A DNA stretch of 62,372 bases, the filler included. It is 4 parts of 4 records of this genome, joined end to end, with 100 filler letters (N's around TTAATTAATTAA, not from the genome) between each part and the next. Parts side by side here need not be neighbours in the genome. Positions count along the whole stretch, not along the records: positions 22,383 to 34,670 come from DRR378314_1394; positions 34,771 to 51,875 come from DRR378314_1397; 2 more parts are not named here. One strand, 5' to 3'. The position numbers were made by a program, and so were the translations under genes. The notes beneath the pieces were generated by a model. The model saw only the letters and a program-made list of their open reading frames with translations, was not told where the DNA came from and did not search any database. This document shows positions 30,204-40,444 of this stretch, piece after piece (position 1 is the first letter of the stretch; each line of letters opens with the position of its first letter).

Positions 30204-32050
30204 AAGTCCTTGGTTGTAACTATCCCTACCAATTTCTTTCCGTGTACCACTGGCAGACAATTTATACCATTGGATTCCATTAATGCCTTCGCCCTATTCA
30301 TGCCTTCCTCCTCGGTTATAGTAATAAGTTCTGTTTTCATAAAATCCTTTATAGGCCCTTCAAATTTTTCCGGATGCTTCAAATATTCTTTTAGGTCGGT
30401 CCAAGTCAGCAATCCAACCAAATCCAGATCATCATTTAGAATGGGTACATGATGAATATTTTTCCACTGCATCATTTTCAACACCAACTCCGAACTATCA
30501 CTATCCAGGGCGGTAATGGTTCGCACGTTCATAATCTGGTACACCTTCTTCTCATTTTTTCCAATTACAAATTCATACCCCCTTGGCAATTGCCATGCAT
30601 CTACCGAATATCCTTTTTGTTGACCTTGGTACATTTTGGCCGTTAATATGGTCAGGGCATCCGGAAGCTTAAACTCCTTTCTAAGTTTTCTATAACTTTT
30701 AATAGTCCATCGTGAACCGTTTTGAGTGGCAATCCTCTTTTCTATAATTTTTAAGTAATGCTCTGCATCCTTTGGTGCTACCCCCATACTGTACAATCCC
30801 TTAAAGGCCATTGGCAAGAAATGATCCAACAATAATTGTTGACTGGAGATTAGTTGTCCATCCCAATAAAATTGAGCTGCCATACCGTATCTGGCGGCAT
30901 TGAAAAAATTACTTTTCGCATTCTTAAAATCCATCTTGGTATGAATGGCATTGAATTTTTTAGGCCTTCCCATCATTACTCCCACCCACAGCATCATATT
31001 GGCAATTTCGTCCTCGGTAGTGGGTCCGGAAGGAATATATCTATTCTCAATTCTTATATGGGGTCTTCCATTGGTAATGCCATAGCAGATACGGTTCCAG
31101 GTATAGACTGTTCCGTTATGGAGTGAAAGCGCCTTTAACTTTGGTATTTTTCCCTGTTTCAATTCGTTTAAACTGTCCACATCGGTAGCGGAAGTAAGTA
31201 GGCTCCTAAATCCTGTAATGGAGTCCTTATAATAATCCACAACTGTTCCTTTGGCCCAACTATTTCCAAAGTTCACCCTAGGTTCACTTTCATTCAATAG
31301 AAAGTTACTGGCCCTGGTATCAACACTCTGCGTAAATAGGGCAATTCTGGTCTCTTCCCATAATTCCCGACCAAAGAGCATGGGGGAGTTGGTACAAATG
31401 GACAGGATGGGCCCTGCAATGGCCTGGGACCAATTGTAGGTATCCATAAAATCATATGGGTCTATCTGCAGATGCGCTTGAAAACTGGTATTGCATCCTT
31501 CGAACAACACGGAATCATGGCGAATATTCAACTCATCTACCCCTTTTATATGAATTTCTATATCATTATTTCTTATTTCCTTAATAACCTCGTTCAAAAT
31601 CTTATATCGGGGAATAGGGGTCAAATATTCTAAATTCAGATGTCTTTTTGAAATGGTCGGCAAAATTCCGCACAGTATAATTTTTGTAGCAGATTCTTCG
31701 GTAACCTTATTGGCCATGGTCAATAATTGATCTAACTGTAAGTGCATTTCGGAAAAACAGTTCCCGGATAATGGAACGGGATCCAAATTAATTTCGAGGT
31801 TATAAAGGGCCAATTCGGTGGTGAAATGGGGATCATCTATATTTTTAAGCACTTCCAAAGCCTTATTGGATGGCTGCCATGATTCATCAACCAAACAGAA
31901 CTCCTGTTCGGCACCGATCCTAATCGGACTTTGTTCGAACATCCTTTTATCCAGTATTTGTTCCAAAGCCGCAATGTCTGCCAACAATTGTTTAATATAC
32001 CTGGCCTTAAGAGGGTTGTTCCTCAATTTTTCAACTTGCAATTCTCCCAT
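30200..32050 (-). CDS. Glutamate-cysteine ligase family 2-like protein with C-terminal CBS pair
   Basis: IGAEQEFCLVD, FTTELALYNLEINL, TSFQAHLQ, NSPMLFG and HIRIENR motifs; two CBS repeats at the C-terminus. Confidence 0.8.
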   Translation of the reverse strand: MGELQVEKLRNNPLKARYIKQLLADIAALEQILDKRMFEQSPIRIGAEQEFCLVDESWQPSNKALEVLKNIDDPHFTTELALYNLEINLDPVPLSGNCFSEMHLQLDQLLTMANKVTEESATKIILCGILPTISKRHLNLEYLTPIPRYKILNEVIKEIRNNDIEIHIKGVDELNIRHDSVLFEGCNTSFQAHLQIDPYDFMDTYNWSQAIAGPILSICTNSPMLFGRELWEETRIALFTQSVDTRASNFLLNESEPRVNFGNSWAKGTVVDYYKDSITGFRSLLTSATDVDSLNELKQGKIPKLKALSLHNGTVYTWNRICYGITNGRPHIRIENRYIPSGPTTEDEIANMMLWVGVMMGRPKKFNAIHTKMDFKNAKSNFFNAARYGMAAQFYWDGQLISSQQLLLDHFLPMAFKGLYSMGVAPKDAEHYLKIIEKRIATQNGSRWTIKSYRKLRKEFKLPDALTILTAKMYQGQQKGYSVDAWQLPRGYEFVIGKNEKKVYQIMNVRTITALDSDSSELVLKMMQWKNIHHVPILNDDLDLVGLLTWTDLKEYLKHPEKFEGPIKDFMKTELITITEEEGMNRAKALMESNGINCLPVVHGKKLVGIVTTKDL

Positions 32051-32168
32051 AAATCCCTTATTTATAGTTAAGTAAAAAATATAACCCAAGATAATGGCTA
32101 ATGGGATTTTGAACTATGATGATTGTCATATCCCATAACTGTGGTTTTTATTTTACATTTACGGCCAA

Positions 32169-32552
32169 ATGTCATTTATCTTCCCAAAAAAAGAAAAACT
32201 AAAGAGCAAAAAACTAATTGAACAGTTGTTTGCGGAAGGGATTGGTGTTACCAATTATCCTATAAAACTTGTTTATCTCAAAACGAGATTTGAAGATGAT
32301 TCTAAATGCAAGGTCGGGGTAACCGCGTCCAAAAGAAATTTTAAAAGTGCCGTAAAAAGAAATCGAATTAAAAGATTGATGCGGGAAAGCTATAGGTTGA
32401 ACAAACACCTAATATTTAACAACATAGAGGGTAACTTTGCGTTTATGTTTTTATATCTTGGTAAGGAGATGCCCTCGCAATCCAAAATAACAGATACCAT
32501 GATTCCTTTGATGCGGAAATTTGTCGATGAAATTGCCAAGGCTAGCAAATAA
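32169..32552 (+). CDS. rnpA: Ribonuclease P protein component
   Basis: FPKKEKLKS...F...AVKRNRIKRLMRESYR (RNR motif). Confidence 0.95.
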   Translation: MSFIFPKKEKLKSKKLIEQLFAEGIGVTNYPIKLVYLKTRFEDDSKCKVGVTASKRNFKSAVKRNRIKRLMRESYRLNKHLIFNNIEGNFAFMFLYLGKEMPSQSKITDTMIPLMRKFVDEIAKASK

Positions 32553-32563
32553 TTAATGAACAG

Positions 32564-34192
32564 ATGAAAGAGATATTAAAAAAGCGGGTACTAATTCCCA
32601 TTATCGCTATTACATTGCTTATTGCAGGAAGTAGTTTTAAGGGCGATTTTTTTGAAATTGCCAAACAGATCGAAATTTTTACAACTCTTTTCAAAGAGTT
32701 GAATATGAACTACGTGGATGAAACCAATCCTGCGGAATTAATGGATACGGCCATTAAAAATATGTTGGAAGATCTGGATCCCTATACCAAATTCCTGAAT
32801 GAGCAAGACGTTGAATCATTTAAAATAAATAATGCGGGCGAATATTCGGGTATTGGTGCCGTGGTACGGAGTTACAAGGATAAAGTAGTTATTGTTGAAC
32901 CTTACAAAGGCTATCCCGCAGATAAGGCGGGCCTTAAGGCCGGGGATGAAATTATTAAGATAGGTGATGTTGCCATAGCGGATATTCAGGATGATGCCGA
33001 CGAACTTTTAAAAGGAGCCAATAACACCAGTGTGGGCATTACTTATATTAGGCAGGGAGAAACCAAGTCTACAACGGTGAACAGGGAATCTATAGAAGTA
33101 GATGCCGTTCCCTATTACAAGATGATCAAGGAAAACACCGGTTATATTGTTTTGTCAAAATTCAATAAAAAAGCTTCTGAACAAACCAAGGAAGCTCTCC
33201 TTAACTTAAAAAACGATGGCGCCAAAAAAATAATTTTAGACCTAAGGGATAATCCCGGTGGTCTATTGACCGAAGCTATCAATGTAACCAATCTGTTTAT
33301 TCCAAAAGGGGAGCTTGTTGTAACCACCAAGTCCAAGGTAAAGAAATTCAACAGGGAATATAAAACTACCAACCAACCCATAGATACAGAAATACCCTTG
33401 GTTGTATTGGTAAATGGAAGAAGTGCCTCGGCCAGTGAAATTGTCTCCGGCAGCCTACAGGATTTGGACCGCGCTGTAGTAGTGGGCGCAAGGAGTTTTG
33501 GCAAAGGTTTGGTACAACGCCCTTTAAAATTAACCTATGGCACACAACTAAAAGTAACCATCTCCAGATATTATACAGCATCGGGCAGGTGCATACAATC
33601 CTTGGATTATTGGAATAGGGATGAGAATGGAAACGCAGTCAAAAATACTCAGTTCAGGGATTTTAAAACCAGAAATGGACGAAAAGTCCAAGATGGCGGC
33701 GGTGTTTTGCCGGATATAGAAATTGCTGCAGCCAAAACAAATACCCTTACCCAGGCGCTATTATCCGGTAACGTTATTTTTGACTACGCCACCGATTTCT
33801 ATTATAATAACAAGGTGGAAAATGTATTGGACTTTAGTTATAAGGATAGTGATTTTGCATCTTTCAAAAATTATGTCTCCAAAAGTAATTTTGATTTTGA
33901 GACTAAGGCCGAAAAAGCCTTAAAAGAGGCTATGTCCGGTGAGGACAGCACCATATTCGGCAACGAGGTGAATGAACATTATAAGGCGCTGTTGTTGGAA
34001 ATGGATAAAAACAAACTTATGGCTTTGGATAAATACAAAGCTGAAATCCAGAAGAATTTAGAAGATGAAATTCTTAAACGCTATTTCTACAGGGAAGGTC
34101 TTTATGATTACCATTTACAAAATGACGAAGCCATTATGGCCGCTTCCGAACTGTTGAACGACAATGGCAAATACATGAATATTCTAAAATAA
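32564..34192 (+). CDS. S41 C-terminal processing peptidase with PDZ domain
   Basis: LDPYT, GIGA, DLRDNPGGLL, SASASEIV and SFGKGLVQ motifs. Confidence 0.93.
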   Translation: MKEILKKRVLIPIIAITLLIAGSSFKGDFFEIAKQIEIFTTLFKELNMNYVDETNPAELMDTAIKNMLEDLDPYTKFLNEQDVESFKINNAGEYSGIGAVVRSYKDKVVIVEPYKGYPADKAGLKAGDEIIKIGDVAIADIQDDADELLKGANNTSVGITYIRQGETKSTTVNRESIEVDAVPYYKMIKENTGYIVLSKFNKKASEQTKEALLNLKNDGAKKIILDLRDNPGGLLTEAINVTNLFIPKGELVVTTKSKVKKFNREYKTTNQPIDTEIPLVVLVNGRSASASEIVSGSLQDLDRAVVVGARSFGKGLVQRPLKLTYGTQLKVTISRYYTASGRCIQSLDYWNRDENGNAVKNTQFRDFKTRNGRKVQDGGGVLPDIEIAAAKTNTLTQALLSGNVIFDYATDFYYNNKVENVLDFSYKDSDFASFKNYVSKSNFDFETKAEKALKEAMSGEDSTIFGNEVNEHYKALLLEMDKNKLMALDKYKAEIQKNLEDEILKRYFYREGLYDYHLQNDEAIMAASELLNDNGKYMNILK

Positions 34193-34670
34193 GGGAATCC
34201 CGGTCAAATAATACCTAGGTATTGAATCAAGTAATTAAAACCAGAATAATTTTTAATATTCTCATCGATTTCTTCAAAATGCTAGATTACGGTTGAATAA
34301 AGTCAACCTGTAGGCTTCATATCGATTTTGCGCTTTAATGCATAAATTAAACCCAACATTTGTAGGCAGGCACTAAGATATCCATATACAATAAATTTAG
34401 GAATAAAATTAACGGTAATTATACCCTTATTATACCCATGGTCATGGTTATTTAAATTTAAGGAGGCGATTTAGATTGAAAGTGTAATGGTCCCACTATA
34501 CGGGCCGTTTTACCGGGCCGTTCAAACAAAATATAAAGATCTCAGTTCCCAGTTCCATTTGTCGTTCTTTTTAGTAGTTCCGGTAATTAACCTTTTGCGG
34601 AACTAAAAAAAGTAAATTTAATCGACTTGTTATATTAACTCAATAAAAGGTATTAAACCTCAGGGCAAGC

Positions 34671-34770
34671 NNNNNNNNNNNNNNNNNNNNNNNNNNNNNN
34701 NNNNNNNNNNNNNNTTAATTAATTAANNNNNNNNNNNNNNNNNNNNNNNNNNNNNNNNNNNNNNNNNNNN
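34671..34770. other. Artificial contig linker
   Basis: N run containing TTAATTAATTAA. Confidence 0.98.
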
Positions 34771-34800
34771 GACTTCTCAAAATTGAGTTTCACTAATAAA
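34771..34800 (+). repeat. Contig-end repeat, possible IS terminus
   Basis: 29/30 match to 22393-22422. Confidence 0.65.
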
Positions 34801-35160
34801 CCATATTGAGGTGATGAAAAAAAACCAAAACTCTATCCAGGCGTAAAAAGTGGTAATAATATCCTCTACATGATTAGTAAAAAGTTCAAAAATCCTCAGC
34901 AAAAATCAATGCATAAAACCATATGGAACCTCCCACTGTACCTATCTGTTTTGATATGGTTTTATATGATCCTACATTAAATTATTTATTATAAAAACCT
35001 GATTATTAATTAATTATATACATATATTTAAATATAAATATAGGTGCATATTCAAATATATTTATATGTAAATATATCCCTATAAATATATATTCATATT
35101 CCAATATGTGATTATAACGGCTCAATAATATATGTACATATCAAAATATATATCTAGATT

Positions 35161-35844
35161 ATGGAAACAAAAATTATAAGTATCGTAGGTGAAAAAGGTG
35201 GTATAGGAAAAACGACCCTAAACCTTATCCTTGCTTCCAATCTTCATTATGCAAAAGGAAAAAAGGTAGTGCTCCTTGATGGTGACAATCCACAGTATTC
35301 GATCTATAAAAAAAGACAGCGTGAACTTAGTTTCTTGGATGCTTCGGAAATTAAGGAATTGGAGCCTTACACTATAGAACGGGTAACAGTGGGATCTATC
35401 CAAGACACAATTATGAAATATTACGGTCTAATGGATTATATTATACTGGATCTACCCGGGAGTCTGAACATAGAAATGGTCAAGGGCCTGTTATATGTGG
35501 AACATATTTTCATCCCATTTACCCACGACGAATTGGAAATAGACAGCACCTCCAATTTCTATTTTACCTTAAAGAACAACTTTCTGGACAATGAGGAGCG
35601 GGTACTCAAAAGTGTCAACTTATTTTTCAACAAGTATAAATTGGTAAGGAAAAACAAGTTTTCATTGCTCCGTCAACAGTTCGAAGAAGCCGGCATCCCT
35701 ATAATGCGAAGTGTGGTCAAGGACAGGACTATATACAAGGAACAATACAGGAATACCCTCTACCCTATTCCCGAAAATAAGGAAGAAGGGGATATGGATA
35801 TTAAAAAATTCCTCGAAGAATTAGAACAGTTATCGAATTTATAA
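35161..35844 (+). CDS. parA: ParA-family ATPase (TraA-like)
   Basis: Deviant Walker A EKGGIGKTT, LDGDNPQ, LDLPG. Confidence 0.88.
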   Translation: METKIISIVGEKGGIGKTTLNLILASNLHYAKGKKVVLLDGDNPQYSIYKKRQRELSFLDASEIKELEPYTIERVTVGSIQDTIMKYYGLMDYIILDLPGSLNIEMVKGLLYVEHIFIPFTHDELEIDSTSNFYFTLKNNFLDNEERVLKSVNLFFNKYKLVRKNKFSLLRQQFEEAGIPIMRSVVKDRTIYKEQYRNTLYPIPENKEEGDMDIKKFLEELEQLSNL

Positions 35845-35855
35845 ACTAGATTTCA

Positions 35856-36302
35856 ATGGGAAAACAGAAAAAAATCACCACACTTGATCTGCTGGAGCAA
35901 ATGGCAAATAAAAACCAGGAGACATCAAGTACGCTAGAACAGCTCAAACTAGATCGTATGGGCCTAAAACAACAAACCACTTCCCTCAACGTTAGAAAGG
36001 AGGATGCTATTAACAAGTTGGAGAAAAATAGGAAACCGAAGGAAGATAGTCCTTCTGAAAATAACCATAATATGGGAAAACAGTTGGATGTGCTATTGCA
36101 AACCGATAAATTGAAAAATAAAAAAGAAACCTTTTTTATGACCATCAACAGCGATTGTGCAATGAAGTACGAAAAACTGGCAATGGGTATTTCCTACAAA
36201 ATGGGTGTCAAAACCTCAAGGAACGATTTGATCCGAAAGGTTTTGATGGATTTTACGAATAGAAATTATGAAAAATTAATTACGCTCATTGAGCAAAAAT
36301 AA
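35856..36302 (+). CDS. Hypothetical protein, possible ParA partner with RHH-like C-terminus
   Basis: Follows parA; C-terminal TFFMTIN...TSRNDLIRKVL resembles a ribbon-helix-helix fold. Confidence 0.55.
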   Translation: MGKQKKITTLDLLEQMANKNQETSSTLEQLKLDRMGLKQQTTSLNVRKEDAINKLEKNRKPKEDSPSENNHNMGKQLDVLLQTDKLKNKKETFFMTINSDCAMKYEKLAMGISYKMGVKTSRNDLIRKVLMDFTNRNYEKLITLIEQK

Positions 36303-36311
36303 AACTGAAAT

Positions 36312-36662
36312 TTGAGCAGTTACTGGTACATATTGTTCGGTCTTGCCATTGTTTGGTACGGGTATATCATGTGGGTGCTATTATCCAAAAAAAGCACAAA
36401 AACAAAAAAACATTCAAAAAAATTAGATTATTTGCGTTTAAATGATAAATTTGTATATAAATCAGATAATGATAAGACCGATTTAAACGCTGTACTCGAC
36501 CAGATAAACGAAGTGGAAGACACTTCTAAACTTTTGGAAGCTTTTAGAGAGGGTTCATTTGAAGATGATTCAAATTCCATAACTCGCAAAAAGCATGAAA
36601 AACTCAAAGTCATCCGCAACAAGGATACGGCCAATGAAATACCGCCGGAATCCGAAAATTGA
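36312..36662 (+). CDS. Hypothetical single-TM protein in the tra operon
   Basis: N-terminal hydrophobic segment; TTG start; operon position. Confidence 0.55.
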   Translation: MSSYWYILFGLAIVWYGYIMWVLLSKKSTKTKKHSKKLDYLRLNDKFVYKSDNDKTDLNAVLDQINEVEDTSKLLEAFREGSFEDDSNSITRKKHEKLKVIRNKDTANEIPPESEN

Positions 36663-36954
36663 AACATTTCTTCTATTTTTAATTCTGTTATCCATAACCG
36701 TGTGCTCCTATGGTCAATTCGATCAACTGCTTCAGGAAGCACAGGATTTCAAGAACGATTCGAAAAACCTCTCCAGGGAAATTGTCGATATTATTAAGGT
36801 TATTGCTGGTGTGGCCATTGCCATAACCGGTTTGACCTATCTATATATTCGAGATCAGCAGACGGACCTGGCCAATAAATTGGGCAAGATTATTATTGGT
36901 ATCGCCATTTTTTTTGCTCTGATCGCCATAGGTGAGGAAATAGCTAACATCTAA
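36634..36954 (+). CDS. Pilin-like TraE/VirB2-like protein
   Basis: Signal peptide plus two TM helices, directly upstream of traF/traG-like genes. Confidence 0.65.
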   Translation: MKYRRNPKIETFLLFLILLSITVCSYGQFDQLLQEAQDFKNDSKNLSREIVDIIKVIAGVAIAITGLTYLYIRDQQTDLANKLGKIIIGIAIFFALIAIGEEIANI

Positions 36955-36966
36955 ATTTCCCGTATT

Positions 36967-37290
36967 ATGGAAAACTGCCACATTCCTATAAAGAAAGGGC
37001 TGCAAAAAGATGTCTATTACAAAGGTCTTAATGCAAAATACATCTATTACTGTATATACCTTGGTACAGCAGCCATTATAACTGGTCTTATTCTATCCAC
37101 CTTTATTTCTATGTTGCTTGCCATGCTAATTACTGGTATAGCAATTGTCGTAGTATTCATGATCTTGCTGTTTTACTCTAGGACCTATGGTGCCAATGGC
37201 TTTGTCAAAAAACTTGCCGATACTTCCAAACCTGATTCCATCAAAATAGGCAATGACTATAAAAATCTATTGTTATGGGAAAACAGGTAG
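36967..37290 (+). CDS. traF: TraF/VirB3-like (DUF4133) protein
   Basis: IKKGLQKDVYYKGLNAKYIY, two TM helices, YGANG; overlaps the traG start. Confidence 0.75.
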   Translation: MENCHIPIKKGLQKDVYYKGLNAKYIYYCIYLGTAAIITGLILSTFISMLLAMLITGIAIVVVFMILLFYSRTYGANGFVKKLADTSKPDSIKIGNDYKNLLLWENR

Positions 37291-39809
37291 CTCTTTGGGA
37301 TGCATTCCCTATATACGGATATGAACGGCAGGCATTAATATCAAAAGAAAGGGGATGTTTAACAATTCCATTACAGCTTACTCTACCCGAAGTGTTCACA
37401 TTGGACAGCAAAGACTATGGAACCCTTCAAGAACTTTTCTTGAACATCATAAATATTTTAGGCCCAAATAGACTCTTGCATAGGCAAGATTTCTTCCTCC
37501 AGGAAAACTATACGCCCATATCAGAAAGACTGCAGGGCGATATGATGGAAAGGGCAAACGAAAAACATTTTCAAGATCGTCCCTATTTAGTTGGAACGCA
37601 TTATTTATATATCAGTGTTGTTCCAGAAAACTATATCAAATACAATTCCAAACGGGCGAACTCCTTTTTAGAGAAAAACCGGGATTTCTATCTGACCCAA
37701 ACCGTTCCCGATGAATTCATCAATAGTAGTTTGCTAGCAGATTTTGAAGCTCAGGTACAGAACGTGAACAATCTGATCAATTCCTCCGGACTCATAGCAT
37801 CGCATATTCTTGAATACAACGACTTATTTTCCCAAAATGGACTTTACGCAAAATATTTTGGCCTTAAGGAAAATAACACAAATCTGGTGGATGTAGATTT
37901 TGACAACAACACCATACATGTGGGTAATAAACAAGGACAGTTTTTTACCCTTGAAAACTTGGACCAGTTTAATAAGGACCATATCGGTACCTACGAATTT
38001 TATGGAAAGTTCACTACCCGACAAAACCGGTTTCCTATAGGCAATCTTTTTTCTTTAGGTTTCAAAGTTCCCCATGAGCACGTTATTAACCAATATATCT
38101 ATATTCCAAATCAAGAAAAAGTCCTCACAAGCTTAAGAAAAAAAGCCAAAAGCTTTCTACGGTTCGGTAATGGCAAAAAAGATGACAGCAATGCCATCTA
38201 TGCGGACCAGATTTATGATTATACCAAAGAAATTTTGGAAAATCATAAGGAATCTGTTTTTTACCATCTCAATGTTTTTGGTTTTGATGAAGTAGGGAAT
38301 CAGCCCAAGCAAATGGAAAACTCCATTACAAGCGCTTTCAAAAAACTAAGGATAAATGCCAAACACAACACCATAGACCGTAAGAACCTTTTCTTTGCAG
38401 GTGTAGCCGGAAACGCAATCGGGATATCTTCCGATATGTACATGCCCATGCCCAGTGATATGGCCACTGCCCTACTCTATTTTGAAGGTGGTTATAAAGA
38501 TGCAACCAGGGCTGTTGATGGATTGCGGTTGGTTGACCGAATATCTGGTCAACCGCTTTCAGTATCTGTGTACAGGGAACCGGAAAAAAAAGATTGGATC
38601 TTCAATCGGGGCATGTTGGTCGCCTCGGGATCAGGTGGTGGCAAGTCTTATTTAGCCAATCATTATTTTGCTTCCGAACTAAGACAGGGCGCGGAGGCCA
38701 TAATTATGGAAGATGGCAACTCATACGATAGACTTACTGAAGTATTTGGCGGTGTAACGTTGCAGCACGATGATGAAAAGCCGTTTACATTCAACCCCTT
38801 TTTATTGGACAAATATGATTCTCTTGAAAGTGACGTCAAGGGCAAAACGTTGGCTCAAGGAAAGCTAGTTTACCTTGTAACCCTTCTAAAATTGATTATT
38901 GGTCAGGATGGGAATATAGGCGGATCAGAAATAACGAATACCGTTTTGGAATTTTTGATTACCGACTATTACGAATGGATGTGGAAAAATGAAGACAAAA
39001 ATTATAAGTTCGATACCTTTTTTGAATACTGCAAAATCCACATTGCAACCTATATTAAAACTAAAAAAGTCCCAAAGGAAAAGTTCGATCCTGATGTGTT
39101 CATGTTCCTTTTGGAAAAATACTATGCCAATGGCACAAGGGGAAGCTTACTGAACAAATTGGACGATCGGATTTCCAGCCTAAGTGATGAAAAGATTATT
39201 TATTTCAAATTGGGCAAATTGATTGATAACGAACTGCTATTTCCTATTACCGCCTTGATGATTATGGAAATATTCAACAAGAAGATGCACGACCCTTCTA
39301 AATTATCCATTAATAAAATACTGGCCGTCGACGAAGCCTGGAAGGCTCTAGTAAGACCGGAACTTGTACACTACTTTAACAACCAGTCCAGAATGGCCAG
39401 AAAGTTGGGCGGCCAGCCAATCTTCATTTCCCAAAAAGTTGATGATTTTATATCCTCTGAAATCATCAAAAATGCTATTGTGGTCAATTCGCATATAAAA
39501 GTGTTTTTGGATATGCGCGACTTTGCCAGATCCTTTGATAAAATACAGTCCTTAATGGGATTGGGTGAAAAACAGAAACAACTCATTCTTTCTCTCAACA
39601 AAGACCTACCAAAAGACAGGAAATTCCGTGAGGTTGCATTTTGTTGGATGGACAAGGTAAAGGTGTATGGTGTGGAAACATCTTTGGAAGAAAAGTGTAT
39701 TTATGAAACCAACCCCACCGAAAGTGTCAAGATCAAACAACTATACAATAAAAATCATAAAAATTGGGAATTGACGGCTAAGGCATATGCCTTTGACAAT
39801 AACCTATAA
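37275..39809 (+). CDS. traG: TraG/VirB4 conjugation ATPase
   Basis: LHRQDFF, Walker A SGSGGGKS, TFNPF, Walker B VDEAWKA, ARKLGG. Confidence 0.92.
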   Translation: MGKQVALWDAFPIYGYERQALISKERGCLTIPLQLTLPEVFTLDSKDYGTLQELFLNIINILGPNRLLHRQDFFLQENYTPISERLQGDMMERANEKHFQDRPYLVGTHYLYISVVPENYIKYNSKRANSFLEKNRDFYLTQTVPDEFINSSLLADFEAQVQNVNNLINSSGLIASHILEYNDLFSQNGLYAKYFGLKENNTNLVDVDFDNNTIHVGNKQGQFFTLENLDQFNKDHIGTYEFYGKFTTRQNRFPIGNLFSLGFKVPHEHVINQYIYIPNQEKVLTSLRKKAKSFLRFGNGKKDDSNAIYADQIYDYTKEILENHKESVFYHLNVFGFDEVGNQPKQMENSITSAFKKLRINAKHNTIDRKNLFFAGVAGNAIGISSDMYMPMPSDMATALLYFEGGYKDATRAVDGLRLVDRISGQPLSVSVYREPEKKDWIFNRGMLVASGSGGGKSYLANHYFASELRQGAEAIIMEDGNSYDRLTEVFGGVTLQHDDEKPFTFNPFLLDKYDSLESDVKGKTLAQGKLVYLVTLLKLIIGQDGNIGGSEITNTVLEFLITDYYEWMWKNEDKNYKFDTFFEYCKIHIATYIKTKKVPKEKFDPDVFMFLLEKYYANGTRGSLLNKLDDRISSLSDEKIIYFKLGKLIDNELLFPITALMIMEIFNKKMHDPSKLSINKILAVDEAWKALVRPELVHYFNNQSRMARKLGGQPIFISQKVDDFISSEIIKNAIVVNSHIKVFLDMRDFARSFDKIQSLMGLGEKQKQLILSLNKDLPKDRKFREVAFCWMDKVKVYGVETSLEEKCIYETNPTESVKIKQLYNKNHKNWELTAKAYAFDNNL

Positions 39810-39819
39810 AACCAAAAAA

Positions 39820-40437
39820 ATGAAACTAACCCCAGTAATTCTGAGTCTAATGCTCCACCTAGCAATTTTTTCCCAGATTCCAGTTACAGATGTTGCCACC
39901 AACACTAGCGTTGGGATGGTCAACAGCCAGCTCATGAATATCAACCTAGAGCTAAAAGCTGTAAATAAAAACTTGTCCCAGTTGATTAATCTAATGGAGA
40001 AAAACAATAATGAAACCTCTAAATCAAGAGAAATTCTGAAAGAAGAGCTAGAAGCTAAGAAACAGGCACCCAAATATGTGACCGGATCGACCGATGTGAG
40101 TTTGGCCATAGAACTAAAAATGAAGATTCTCGAAGCATATAGAACTTCCAAACAGACCGTCCAAGAATTGGAATATTTGGAGCGAAAGGAAATCGATGAA
40201 TTTATTGGTTATGCCACCAACGCTCTTTTGGAGACTAAAAATCTATTTCAACAATGCAATGAAATTATAAATACCAAAGCCATCATTTTGCCCGAGGAAC
40301 GGCTAAAGAAGGTCGATGCCATTAACCTTAAACTGAAAACCATTTTGGACAACCTAATTGTTTATAATCATAAACTATCACAAATCAATTCCCTCCGAGA
40401 ATCTCGCCGCACACTGATCAATATGAATAAAAACTAA
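39820..40437 (+). CDS. TraI/VirB5-like secreted conjugation protein
   Basis: Signal peptide then QIPVTD, helical/coiled-coil body; position between traG and traJ. Confidence 0.65.
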   Translation: MKLTPVILSLMLHLAIFSQIPVTDVATNTSVGMVNSQLMNINLELKAVNKNLSQLINLMEKNNNETSKSREILKEELEAKKQAPKYVTGSTDVSLAIELKMKILEAYRTSKQTVQELEYLERKEIDEFIGYATNALLETKNLFQQCNEIINTKAIILPEERLKKVDAINLKLKTILDNLIVYNHKLSQINSLRESRRTLINMNKN

Positions 40438-40444
40438 TCATGGT

